DNA of 63,145 nucleotides, counting the filler, from Octopus bimaculoides (taxonomy: Eukaryota): NCBI RefSeq assembly GCF_001194135.2. It is 8 parts of 7 records of this genome, joined end to end, with 100 filler letters (N's around TTAATTAATTAA, not from the genome) between each part and the next. Parts side by side here need not be neighbours in the genome. Positions count along the whole stretch, not along the records: positions 23,018 to 38,416 come from NC_068981.1; positions 38,517 to 49,129 come from NC_068989.1; positions 49,230 to 59,336 come from NC_068987.1; 5 more parts are not named here. One strand, written 5' to 3'. Below the pieces are notes generated by a model, which was not told where the DNA came from, searched no databases, and saw only the letters and a list, made by a program, of their open reading frames with translations. A program made the translations under genes and the position numbers. Below are positions 37,855 through 49,840 of the stretch, piece by piece; the stretch's first letter is position 1, and every line of letters begins with the position of its first letter.

Positions 37855-37938
37855 GGCGCAGGAGTGGCTGTGTGGTGAGTAGCTCGCTTACCAACCACAT
37901 AGTTCCGGGTTCAAATGACTGAAACAAGTAAAAGAGTA
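37855..37938 (+). mobile_element. 84-bp mini SINE A (head fused to tail)
   Basis: ggcgcaggagtggctgtgtgg...ccgggttca joined directly to aatgactgaaacaagtaaaagagt. Confidence 0.85.
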
Positions 37939-38282
37939 ATCATCAGATAAAAGAATACATGTGAAATAGATTCCTTCAGTTTTCTAGAAGGTCCCCTAGA
38001 AATTGCTGGTAGCTTTATGTTACCTAGGTGACATAATTAATTAGATATGGAGATGAGGGGGAAAAAGTTAAAGAAGATGTAATTTCTACTGGCAACAAAG
38101 GATTTCTTTCCCAGAGTTAAAGACAAGAATGTACGACGCTTCTGTACGAAGTTCGAATTTACATGGTAAGCGAAAATGTGGGCCGTGTCATGAATGCTGA
38201 GAATTTATGAAGGTTGCAATGGAATAAGGTGAAGCAAGGTCCACTGCAGGTGAGGGACTCATGAGGAGGGGGCCAGTATGCG

Positions 38283-38401
38283 TCTGGTACTTAATTTCTC
38301 GACCCCGAAAGGATGAAAGGCAAAGTTGACCTCGGCAGAATTTGAACTCAGAACGTTAAGACAGACGAAATACCGCCAAGCATTTCGCCCGGTGTGCTAA
38401 C
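38283..38401 (-). mobile_element. SINE group B fragment
   Basis: ctggtacttaatttctcgaccccgaaaggatgaaaggc...gaactcagaacg...gtgctaac. Confidence 0.88.
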
Positions 38402-38416
38402 TCATTTATATATATA

Positions 38417-38516
38417 NNNNNNNNNNNNNNNNNNNNNNNNNNNNNNNNNNNNNNNNNNNNTTAATTAATTAANNNNNNNNNNNNNNNNNNNNNNNNNNNN
38501 NNNNNNNNNNNNNNNN
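38417..38516. other. artificial scaffold spacer
   Basis: 44 N + TTAATTAATTAA (38461-38472) + 44 N. Confidence 0.95.
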
Positions 38517-38637
38517 ATATATATTACTATAAATACATATATAAAAATTATTTAAACCTTGTCATTCGTTGTTGTGTTGTTATTCTTATGATTCCAATTA
38601 TTTGTATTGTTGGGGGGGGGGTCGCATTCATCCTCAG

Positions 38638-38700
38638 ATGATTCGGATGGCTGATGTTGAGAGATCTCCAGTGACAGAGCAGGCTTGTGACGCCCCTCAT
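38638..38700 (+). CDS. candidate 63-nt exon, product unknown
   Basis: acceptor cattcatcctcag|, donor CAT|gtatga; the only open frame is MIRMADVERSPVTEQACDAPH. Confidence 0.3.
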
Positions 38701-38782
38701 GTATGAAACACTTATATAACCGACACAATAAATCGACTGAAGTCCATCCACTGCCTTCCTTCCAGGTTCTCTTTCTTTGTAG

Positions 38783-39089
38783 TGGCTGAGTGGTTAGTTT
38801 ATTCGGCTCACGAGTTCGACTCCCGGCGACGCGTTGTGTCCTTGAGCAAGACACTTTACTTCACGTTGCTCCAGTCCACTCAGCTGGCAAAAACGAGTTG
38901 TACCTGTAATTCAAAAGGGGCCAGCCTTGTCACATTCTGCGTCACGCTGAATCTCCCTGAGAACTACGTTAAGGGTACACGTGTCTGTGGAGTGTTCAGC
39001 CACTTGCACGTCAGTTTCACGAGCAGGCTGTTCCGTTGACCGAATCAACTGGAACTGGAGCACTCACCGTCGTAATCGACGGAGTGCCA
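38783..39089 (+). mobile_element. SINE group C variant with central gttgtgtccttgagcaagacact domain
   Basis: tRNA-like head TGGCTGAGTGG...GAGTTCGACTCC; tail shared with 52637-53017. Confidence 0.88.
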
Positions 39090-39629
39090 GTTGCAAACAC
39101 AACCGATCGCTATATAATTAGACGAAGGACAAAGAAACAAAGATTACATAATCAACTTCATTAGTTTACTGTTGTTTCTGTTCCCTGAGAGCCAAAATCT
39201 GACAGCGAGACTAAAGCTGAACGCTTATTAAATAAAAGTACGCCTTATATTTCAAATTTTTCCAAAACGTTGTAAATTAATTGATGTATGAACAGAGCAC
39301 CACGAATTGATGTGTGTCTTGATGCCCACACACACACACTTGATGCATCACTCACAAACAGACATGCACACACAGATGCATGTTTTCTATGACACAACGC
39401 TTAAGTCATATATATTAAGATGTAGCATCAACAAATGCGCTGAGTTAGAACATGACCTGTGACGATACATACTTCGGCTCTCGGCAGCCACAATATCCTA
39501 CACATAAAAGAAGATATCGCTAGAAATGCTAATAATCAAACGACGCCAAAGCCTGATTCTTTTAAAAGGGCAGAAAGGCCTTGCCCTTGTGCAATCCCAT
39601 TCTCTTTTGTTTCGTTTCATTTCCTCCAG

Positions 39630-39740
39630 AGACGGACGTTCTGTTTTCACATCCAACCAGTGTCAATCTGACATTTCTTTCTTCTGCATCAGATAAACAA
39701 AGAAGACGTCTGTCAATTCAATGGAATGCATTTGCCCCAC
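39630..39740 (+). CDS. candidate exon running into a gap, product unknown
   Basis: strong acceptor ttctcttttgtttcgtttcatttcctccag|; open frame ETDVLFSHPTSVNLTFLSSASDKQRRRLSIQWNAFAP; donor not visible. Confidence 0.35.
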
Positions 39741-40939
39741 NNNNNNNNNNNNNNNNNNNNNNNNNNNNNNNNNNNNNNNNNNNNNNTGGCTTTGAATTAT
39801 CATTATCATTAATAATATTTATATTTTAATGCAATTCAACAAAGGTCATCGGGTTGGCCGAATCGGTAGAAAGTCGGATTTAATGTTATTTATGCTGATT
39901 GGTAACGTCCCTTTAATTTGTGAGTTCAAACAGAACAGAGATTGATTTCGTTTTTTTCTCTCTTGATTGGCTTTGGGCCTGCAATTCTTGATGGAATCAT
40001 TGGGACACTGTCGTGACATACGGTTCATCTTGGGATCTTACGAACTGACAAAGCCAATTCTCTCGGGCTGGCAAAGGCCTAGAGAGAGAGAGAGGAAGGG
40101 AGGGAGACATATACATACACAGAGGCAGAAATATAGATAAACTGACAGAAAATAATCGATGACTGCAGCTCTGGTGTTTTATTTATCGACCCCGAAAGGA
40201 TGAAAGACAAAGTGGACCTTAGCGGTTTTTGAACACAAAATGTCGGAAGAATGTTGTAAGGAACTCGTATATACAAAGTGTGAAACGCCTCTACCATTTC
40301 CGTCATTCTTTGACTCAAATAAAATAAGAAGCAATCGGAAACTGAGTTGAATCCCATCGAGTAAAATAGTCAACCCAAAATGATGAACTTCTGTCTAAAT
40401 CAGAAGTTTATTGCTTTTTGTTTAACTTCTATGATCGACGGCACTTCCCCCCATGACCATCCCGCCCATTTTAAAATCTATCTACGACAACATTATCTAG
40501 TATCTCATTTCCCTTTTAAAGGTTGATTTGAAGCAGATCTGACGAGGGATTTGAAGCAAGTCGTGCTGTCGCACAAAAAGGCCCGTCCTTAGTTCATGAC
40601 AATTGTTGGAGCTCTTGTGTTCCACGTCTTTCCTAATCTTGCTCATCTATGACCAAAGGCATTTCATCGGTGGTTATTCTGACCATTTTCAGGCCTAGCA
40701 TGTTTAGGTCACCGCATCTGCTAGGGTGTGATTTAAGGGAGACTTAACTACTATTTAGAATATGTCAGCCACCACATACAAACCTCCATGGTGGTTCGTG
40801 GCTCTTGCTGTTCTCTCGCTCTCTCATATACAGCTATGCCCCATTCAGTCGGTGACACACAGAATCTCTTGAGGAAGAAGGCAAACTAAATAGATTTCAA
40901 TGCTTAAAGATATATTAATATATTTTAACTGGGACTTCA

Positions 40940-41100
40940 AAGTGGCGTGCTGACAGAATCGTGAGCGCACCGGGCATCATTCTTCGCAGAATTTCGTCTG
41001 TCTTTACGTTCTGAGTTCAAATTCCGCCGAAGTCGTTTTTACTTTTCCTCCATGATCGCGATAAAATAAGTACCAGTTACGCACTGGAGTCGATGTAATC
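40940..41100 (+). mobile_element. SINE group B
   Basis: gctgacagaatcgtgagc...acgttctgagttcaaattccgccga...ataagtaccagttacgcactgg. Confidence 0.85.
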
Positions 41101-41604
41101 TGTTTCTGGTATTGTCTCAAAAATTGAAACTAGTATTTAACTAAATTTATTTTAATACTTAGAGGATTTAGCCAAAATTATAAATAATGGCGAATTGGTA
41201 GAAGGATTAGTGCTTTGTATAGAATGGTTTAATGGACATTGGTCAGCGTTAATGAAGAACCGGTCCTTGTGGGTTTGTTCTGGCCATCCGTTTTAACCCT
41301 CATCACCGCAACCCACTACCATGGTAATTTCAATGGCACCACAAGCTCCCATCACCACTTGTCTGCCGTTTCTTCTGTTTGTAATTCTTTCTATAAACAT
41401 TGGATTTCTCCACCACCTTTCCCTTCCCATCGTCATCTTCATTAGCATCATCATTGAAGTTGTTGTCATCATCGTCCGAACATCACCCAGCAACAACACC
41501 CTGATATCTGAACATGAGACCTGTTACAGCTGCTTTTGGAGAAGAAACCCCTTCGACTGGATAAGCCCCGAAGACACTAAGTGACATACACACAGACACA
41601 CACA

Positions 41605-41656
<52 letters not shown>

Positions 41657-43268
41657 NNNNNNNNNNNNNNNNNNNNNNNNNNNNNNNNNNNNNNNNNNNN
41701 NNNNNNNNNNNNNNNNNNNNNNNNNNNNNNNNNNNNNNNNNNNNNNNNNNNNNNNNNNNNNNNNNNNNNNNNNNNNNNNNNNNNNNNNNNNNNNNNNNNN
41801 NNNNNNNNNNNNNNNNNNNNNNNNNNNNNNNNNNNNNNNNNNNNNNNNNNNNNNNNNNNNNNNNNNNNNNNNNNNNNNNNNNNNNNNNNNNNNNNNNNNN
41901 NNNNNNNNNNNNNNNNNNNNNNNNNNNNNNNNNNNNNNNNNNNNNNNNNNNNNNNNNNNNNNNNNNNNNNNNNNNNNNNNNNNNNNNNNNNNNNNNNNNN
42001 NNNNNNNNNNNNNNNNNNNNNNNNNNNNNNNNNNNNNNNNNNNNNNNNNNNNNNNNNNNNNNNNNNNNNNNNNNNNNNNNNNNNNNNNNNNNNNNNNNNN
42101 NNNNNNNNNNNNNNNNNNNNNNNNNNNNNNNNNNNNNNNNNNNNNNNNNNNNNNNNNNNNNNNNNNNNNNNNNNNNNNNNNNNNNNNNNNNNNNNNNNNN
42201 NNNNNNNNNNNNNNNNNNNNNNNNNNNNNNNNNNNNNNNNNNNNNNNNNNNNNNNNNNNNNNNNNNNNNNNNNNNNNNNNNNNNNNNNNNNNNNNNNNNN
42301 NNNNNNNNNNNNNNNNNNNNNNNNNNNNNNNNNNNNNNNNNNNNNNNNNNNNNNNNNNNNNNNNNNNNNNNNNNNNNNNNNNNNNNNNNNNNNNNNNNNN
42401 NNNNNNNNNNNNNNNNNNNNNNNNNNNNNNNNNNNNNNNNNNNNNNNNNNNNNNNNNNNNNNNNNNNNNNNNNNNNNNNNNNNNNNNNNNNNNNNNNNNN
42501 NNNNNNNNNNNNNNNNNNNNNNNNNNNNNNNNNNNNNNNNNNNNNNNNNNNNNNNNNNNNNNNNNNNNNNNNNNNNNNNNNNNNNNNNNNNNNNNNNNNN
42601 NNNNNNNNNNNNNNNNNNNNGTTGTAAGAGCCGTGAGAGTCAGCCACCTGTATTTCCATCGAACTATGTAACACCGGTACCCAACACCATAAACCGTCAC
42701 CACCCACTCCAGACCTACACCCACCTCTCCCACCTCTCCCACCCCCTCCTCACGATGCAACCTCACTGCTCCACCCCCGCCTCTCTACGATGACACACTT
42801 CCGCTGTCAGGCTCCGCGTGACCTGCTAGAAGTGACAGCTCAATCTACCTCAAGAATACATTCTATCGTCTTAGAAAAGGACACGTTTGTCTAATGCGGT
42901 TCTGGAAAAAGGAAAAAAGGAAAAGAAGACATGATGGGCACGGTTGGAAGGCCTTTGATCATAAGTCTGTTTAAAATCAATTTACGATTAAAGCAACAAC
43001 AAACACAACAGTGCGTCTGACCACCGCCACCACCACGGGCCGTCGCAGAAAGACGGAGTCTCTACGGGATTTCTCGATCGGCTAGGAATCTAAATCGCCC
43101 TTAAACCCCATATATCTTCCTTTATATAAAGGGCAGGTTAGATAGCACAGTCCTATATATCCATAAGAAGATGGTATGATTGCAGCGAGGCTACATTTGA
43201 GCATCATCACCGCCACCAACACCGCTACCACTAAAATGACGTCAGCACTACCGCCGCTGCTGCCGTTA

Positions 43269-43923
43269 TAGATTGTGTTTTGGCACTTTGTCTCTATCCA
43301 GCCACCGTGCAGAATGCTTGCTATTGTTGAAAAGAATCCATTTTTCATCACACATAACAATGCAATACAAAAATGGTTCGCTTTTATGCCGTGACAGCAA
43401 AGAACAACAAGTTTCAAGACGACGTTTCATTTGTCCAGCTTCTTTATCTTGCCGATTTGTATCAGATGCTCCAATACAGTTGGACTCATGTAGTTTGAGA
43501 TGTATCCGTTTCCACTACAATTTCCAGCTCATCGTTATCCACCTTGGTCTCAGCTCTACCACGGGCTGATCTTCAAGAGTAAAGTCACCAGACCGGAACT
43601 CCTCAAACCATCAACATACAGTGCACTCATTTGCTACATCTTCCCCAAACACCTCGTTGATGTTTCGAGCTGTCTGGGATGCATTGGTTCCACGATGGAA
43701 CTCATATTCATAAACAACACGAATCTTTGATCTATCCATGGGTTCACAAAAATTGATTTACAAGAGAAATCTCACAATATAATCAGACGCCATGAATTGC
43801 ATTTTGAAAAGTGGTGAGGTAACTCTTCACTGTTGTAAAACAAAGAATTGTCAGGATAAAACGTTACAGTTAATGACTGTCAAACTTGGCGCATAAGAAT
43901 ATCGGACATTTCATATGACCTGA
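43269..43923 (-). mobile_element. mariner-family transposon 5' part (TIR plus transposase pseudogene)
   Basis: TA-TCAGGTCATATGAAATGTCCG TIR ending at 43923; ATG at 43739 MDRSKIRVVYEYEFHRGTNASQTARNINEVFGED...WFEEFRSGDFTLEDQP; later CDEKWILFNN. Confidence 0.9.
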
Positions 43924-44655
43924 TATATNNNNNNNNNNNNNNNNNNNNNNNNNNNNNNNNNNNNNNNNNNNNNNNNNNNNNNNNNNNNNNNNNNNNNNNN
44001 NNNNNNNNNNNNNNNNNNNNNNNNNNNNNNNNNNNNNNNNNNNNNNNNNNNNNNNNNNNNNNNNNNATAAAGAGAGAGAGAGAGAATTGTTGTGATAGTT
44101 GTTTTCTCTCAAATCCTATTGTCTTTGTATATTTAAATCATTCAATTTGTCCTTCTTTTGAAGAAGATTGTCTTTGATTTGAAGGAGATGTAATTGTTAT
44201 ATCATTCAAGGAATGGTGTTATCCTGCACAGCTATCTTCGATAGCTCCAGTCAGGGAGAGTATATGTAAAGTATACATAAAGAGAGCATATACAACCAAT
44301 AGAAGAACAAGAAGAATCTATAAACTCTCTAACATCTGATATCCTTTTCCTCTTTCAGTCACACACACACACACACACACGCACGCACAGAAATATGTAT
44401 GTATGTCTTTATAACACAAGTAATTTTCTTCCATCAAGACGAACAGACAGACAATAGAGACGGCCATGGAAAAATACATGCAACAACCATTATTGTTATA
44501 TTTAAATTTATCTGCAACCGCCTGGCGCAGCACGTGTGACCTGAACGAATGTTCATTTCAAACTGTTGACTGAAATCCTGGAATTATAATAATTTCAAAA
44601 AGCTTTAGTACAGACTTTACTTCACCTGATATATATGTATATTGATTTTGTGCGA

Positions 44656-44734
<79 letters not shown>

Positions 44735-44936
44735 TCTGTGTGTGCGTGTGTAGTCTGTGTGTGTGTATAGTTTGTGTGTGTGTGTGTGTGTGTGGTCTAT
44801 GTGTGTGTAGTCTGTGTGTGTATATATGTACGTGTGTAGTGTGTGTATATATGTATGTGTGTAGTCTATGTGTATGTGTATTTATATATGTGTGTGCGTG
44901 TGAGTGTGTGTGTATGCGTGTGTGTATGTATTATGG

Positions 44937-45063
44937 GAAAGCGCGTAGCCTAGTTGTTAGGCGTGCTGCACTCTCGATCGTGAGATCGTGGTTTCGATTC
45001 CAAGACCGGCTGCGCGTTGTGTCCCTGAGCAGGACACTTCACTTCCTGTTGCTCCAACTCAAT
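44937..45063 (+). mobile_element. SINE group C variant head
   Basis: gcgcgtagcctagttgttagg...ggtttcgattcc...gttgtgtccctgagcaggacacttcac. Confidence 0.8.
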
Positions 45064-45164
45064 CAGATTCGATCTCACCATGGGCAGCACCATGACATGC
45101 TTCTACTACCACAGCTTCATGCTGGCCAATGCCATGTGGGTGGAATTTAGTCGAATCTGTATCT

Positions 45165-45840
45165 AAAAATGACCGACGTCTACTTTAAATCAACAAACTC
45201 AGAACAATGTCTGCTGTTCTTGCTGCCAACCAAAGAATACGAAATCAAAATACCATTTAAGCTGGCAAGAGGAATCTGCACAATTGTATCGAATCCGGTA
45301 ACCCGGGAGAAATGATTCCAAGAACTTGAAAAATATTACTCGAAAGACAATTCACTTTCATAAATAACAGAATAATAAAGGGAATAGAGCGGGCAAAATC
45401 ATCCAAGAATTATGAAAAACAAAAACAATAAAAAGCACAATATACTTACCTTAAGTTACCTTATACGTCAATACACAATGCCAAAAAAGAAAAACAAAAA
45501 AACATGGAAGCATACAACATGAACTCCTATCGAAATTTACATACCATGGACAAGAAGCATTTCTACCACTTCTACACAGCACTTTCCTTGCATAATGAAA
45601 CTGTAACATCCTACATATAATTTAAGTTTTACTTCTATTCTTTTATTTCCCTTTATACTTCTTATTTCCATCCTTTTCCAAAATAACTCCTTTTATTGAA
45701 CTCTACTATTTCCTTCTTTGGGACCATCTCAGATTGTCTCTGATGAAGCGATATCCTTAATGTCCCCCAAAACAGCTGTAAGACTAACTTTCTCTTTATA
45801 AATGTCCCGAAAATTCCACACAATCTTGGCTTTGTTGTCT
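45165..45840 (+). mobile_element. Penelope element 3' remnant with pLTR
   Basis: TDVYFKSTNSEQCLLF...IPFKLARGICTIVSNPVTREK*FQEL and LPYTSIHN match the Penelope RT thumb/linker; followed by a T-rich pLTR with a hammerhead-like motif. Confidence 0.75.
45736..45784 (+). ncRNA. degenerate hammerhead ribozyme motif, second family
   Basis: stem I GTCT/AGAC, core CTGATGA, imperfect stem II, GAAA mutated to CAAA, palindromic stem III ACAGCTGT, GUA triplet. Confidence 0.5.
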
Positions 45841-46169
45841 CATTTTATTTAACATATACATGCTCGTATTAGACCCGCATTAGACTCCTCGCTCGTATTA
45901 TTACCGAACCGAGAGTTTAACTACGGTCCTTCCATAGCACTTACATAGCATTATCTGCTACCATGGGTCTTCTGAATACCAATACCTTTCATATATATAT
46001 ATGTCTGTGTGTGTGTGTGTGTGTATGCGTATGTGTGTATAAATACACACACACAAACACAGACACACACACACCTACAAACACATACACACACACACAC
46101 ACACAACCACACACACATCCTTGCAGCATTCGGTTTAACTTAGCGATAAACAAAAATGACAACAACAAT

Positions 46170-46453
46170 CGATAAATCAATGAGCCAATCATGTCGGCAG
46201 CAGAGAATAAAATGGCTGATGGGCAAACGATTGAGTTGGATCGCAGCAATTGACAGTCTCTCCGCGCCAATCAATCTTAACGGCTAATTTAACAAGCAGC
46301 ACAATAAATAAATGTTGCTGTCTTTGTTGTTGTTGTTGTCGTCGTTACAGTCGCTTCTACTGATGATGATGATGGTGATGATGTTGATGGTGATGATGTA
46401 TGTCTTCCGTGTTGATAGAGAATAGCTGTCGATAGGAATAAGTGGAAGGATAC

Positions 46454-46510
<57 letters not shown>

Positions 46511-46905
46511 GAGTGAAAGAGGTGGAGGGTGGTCGGGGAAGGGAAAAAAAGAAAGAACAAAGTGAATCGATTGAGTGAATGATTGATTTGGAAAGAGAAG
46601 AATAAATGAATAAATAAACAAATAAATAGAAAGATTTGTTCTTTTTTTTTACAAAAGAGAAAAGATGTTCGAAGATTGAATGGCGATGAAGTAATTATGA
46701 AAAGAGGTTTAAAAATATGTAGGTGGAAATGTGGGGATGGTGGTGGGTGTATGAGGTGAGGCGAAAGTTGTCTCTTTGTGTGTAAGTAAGTGTTAAGTAT
46801 GGACAATATTAAACCAATCAATCGAATGAAATCGAAGTAAAGAGAGAAACAACTGAAAACAGGAAATGCAGAACAAGTAGGAAAACATTTGGCAGCCATC
46901 TTGCC
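46170..46905. promoter_or_regulatory. candidate promoter/enhancer motif cluster
   Basis: AGCCAATCA 46183; CCAATCAATC 46267 and 46814; TGATTGATT 46580; TGATTTAT (reverse complement) 46172; TGACAG 46251; YY1-like GCAGCCATCTTG 46892. Confidence 0.3.
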
Positions 46906-46985
46906 TTCTTAGAAAAAAGGTCTTCCTTGCATTATCTCCTCTTACATTCGTATTTGTATTCTGTTTATCCATTTTATCATTTCAG

Positions 46986-47092
46986 AGAATAACCATTCTA
47001 CCCGTCATAAGTTCTGGGCTGAACAGACCCCACCGCTGACAGCACCTTCAAAGCAAGAGCACCGTGACCGGAGCTACAGATCAGAGAACAGA
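46986..47092 (+). CDS. probable 107-nt exon, product unknown
   Basis: long pyrimidine tract ending atttcag|, donor AGA|gtaagt; the only fully open frame is xNNHSTRHKFWAEQTPPLTAPSKQEHRDRSYRSENR (phase 1 in, phase 0 out). Confidence 0.55.
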
Positions 47093-49073
47093 GTAAGTAT
47101 TTGGCAATAAGAAGATGGAAAACATAGTTTCCTTAAGTACAAGACTTTCACTGAGGAGGTTTATCAAGTCCAAAACGTGTCCAGGGTTGTCGTCGTATCC
47201 ACACCACCAGACTTAGTCTTCACTGTTTTTTCAGGTCCAGTTTCAGTTAATTTCACGAGCAGGCTGGAACCCTCGTCGTCGTAACCGACGGTGTGTCTGT
47301 TTGGTGCAGAAAAGGTATCCATGGTTATATTGAGTCACGGACTGGGTCAAGAATAGAGGACGTGTTTGTTGATTCTTTTTTAACATAAAAAAAAGCTTCA
47401 GTTAAGACATCATCAGGGCGTCAAACTAGATGAATTTAGTTACCTTACGTTCAATAATTCGCCCCGTTGGTTTCGAACCTCAGTGAAGCTGAGCACTTTC
47501 TGGTAGTATATGTTACTTTTCATTGTTGTGGTAGTAGTCAGAGTCGTTGATTTCCCCCTCGAAGGGTCGTCATAGTACCATTATTGGAGCGGGCAATGTG
47601 TTGCGTTCTTGAGCAAGGCCTTTCATTTAACATAACTCCATCCATTCAGATGCAAATGATTACTGGCTTACTTCTGGTGCTGCTTGTTGTCCCTTCAGCT
47701 GTCACACCTTCCCTGTCTTGTTGTGTTAGCGTAGGGTGAGGGTCGAGAAGGTGTCTGCATCTCGTGACTATGTAAGATTTACGTACAGTTAATGAAAACC
47801 TGGTACAGGCTACTAAGTGGTATTCGCATGAAAGTGACGGCTAAGCTGTATTCTCTGCTCTCGTTTCAATCCTCACTTATAGATATAGAAACCATAATCG
47901 TGTTTTCTTTTTATTAGATACAGTATATCAAGAACAACGTTATTATCTGGATGGATGTGATTTGACTGCTGTATGTAGGGAGAGAGAGGCTCCGTCTTCG
48001 GCTCATTCAACAATATATAATGCTGTGTGGAGTAAGGCATAATACATTACGGTTTATGTGTAAGCGTTCACCTCGTCACTAGAAAGGTCACTATTAGAGA
48101 CGAAAGAACTTCGACAAACAAACAACCGATTGATTGTTCAACAAATTGACAAACAATAAAGAACTGATATTGAACCAGTGCGTGTGTTTATTTTTATTGG
48201 CATAAAGACCCTCCCAAGACAAAACAAGATATTAATAAAATGTTTACACCTAAATCAGAGACAGCTGTGTTGCTCACCATTTTTGTCGTGGCAAATAGTC
48301 CTGGATACATTCGGCTGAAAAGAAAATTGAGGAAATGGTCAAGGCTGGAACAGTCAATAATATCAATAAAATTAAAAGCACTCACCGTCACAGAGTTATT
48401 CATGCAAGTTTCCTTAATAGACTCGCGTTGAGCCCTTTACGAAGGACAGGAACCGTAAAAAAAAAAGACAAGATTCAATTGCAAAACAGAAAGCGAATCA
48501 AAGGTTCCGTTCTTGTTTGGCAAATATTGACAAAATGCTGCGGCAGAATTAGTTTTAAAAGGCATCGGTTTATTTCATCGAGTTCTGAGCACACAATAAC
48601 TCCGTGTCCCTATTAAAAAAACACAGACGTTATATAGATGGATAACGAAAGAGAGAAAGAGAGGGAGAGGGAGAATACAAGAGAAACATCCAATATGGAA
48701 GACAGCCAAGTGTTGTCAATGAAGCTTAAAACAATGTTTGAGCTGCAAAACAATAAAAAGACGGAAGGAAAAAGGTTGTTTTTCTTCGCTTTTGCAGCGT
48801 TTTTATCGGTTCAAGGAATGAGATTGGAAAAAATTGGTACACAAAGTAAGCAAATGTTTGTGTTTGCCTTTGAAAATATATGCAAGTGGGGAAATACATC
48901 TACACACAACATACACGCGCGCGCACACAAACAGACACACACACACACACACAAACACACATGTGCATGCATACATGTACATACATATATATTCAATATA
49001 TATATATATATATATATATTCAATATATATGTATCTGTATATGTATATATATGTATGTATATATGTATGTATG

Positions 49074-49129
<56 letters not shown>

Positions 49130-49229
49130 NNNNNNNNNNNNNNNNNNNNNNNNNNNNNNNNNNNNNNNNNNNNTTAATTAATTAANNNNNNNNNNNNNNN
49201 NNNNNNNNNNNNNNNNNNNNNNNNNNNNN
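49130..49229. other. artificial scaffold spacer
   Basis: 44 N + TTAATTAATTAA (49174-49185) + 44 N. Confidence 0.95.
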
Positions 49230-49805
49230 TACGTACGTACGTACGTACGTACGTGCATACATACATACATACATACATATATACATACATACTTTCGTTC
49301 ATACGTACATACGTACATACATACATACATACATACATACATACATGCATACATACATACGTACATACGTACATACATACATACATACATGCATACATAC
49401 ATACGTACATACGTACATACATACATACATGCATACATACGTACATACGTACATGCATACATACATACATACATACATACATACATACCGACAAACATGC
49501 ATACATATAAGAGACAGATAGACTGACAGAGTTAGTAATTTCAACATTTCGTGTTTATGAAGAACAATTTCTTGGGTCACAGTTTAACAGAAGATTAAGG
49601 ACAGCTAAAAGTATAAACAGAATTATATTTGGCACGGCACCAATATGGTCACAGACAGAATGGTATTGATAAACTGTTTGAAGAACAGAGGAATTGTACG
49701 CTGAGAAAAACCATTCTGGAGCATATCGATGTTGTCGGTAACATTTCGTCTTTGTGTGTCATGTATGTGTGCGTGCGTGTGTGTATGTGTGTGTATGTGT
49801 GTGTG

Positions 49806-49840
<35 letters not shown>

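Larger units (their letters stand above)
35660..38245 (+). mobile_element. RTE-clade LINE RT region fragmented by later insertions
   Basis: pieces in order: RVE*AHQSSV and MTEEFMTGSPWQLLYTDDIVII (35660-35890); KDNKVLIRHKDRTAVPSRK*PCTIFRKRLGSID*TQCK (37100-37250); CYLGDII...RMYDASVRSSNLHG (37985-38245). Confidence 0.75.

Noticed and set aside
41340-41495. Acidic/basic minus frame SDDDDNNFNDDANEDDDGKGKVVEKSNVYRKNYKQKKRQTSG
   Set aside because: Bounded by stops with no acceptor; explained by degenerate (GAT)n low complexity
41321-42900. Possible Ly6/three-finger-like protein (hydrophobic stretch plus ETCYSC at 41321-41584; TCISIELCN after the gap)
   Set aside because: No credible splice sites, an in-frame stop just before the second piece, too few cysteines, and alternative frames look equally protein-like; the gap hides the link
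46357-46899. 180-aa minus ORF starting MAAKCFPTCS with a good start context
   Set aside because: Composition is F/L/S/H-rich and it crosses (CT)n and (CAT)n microsatellites; the start context is better explained as a YY1-like motif
47698-47770. Plus-strand exon-like segment with good acceptor and donor
   Set aside because: Stops in all three frames, and the sequence resembles a decayed SINE C tail
48194-48616. Overlapping 63-93 aa ORFs in unique sequence
   Set aside because: No recognisable motif, no convincing splice sites, and length within chance expectation
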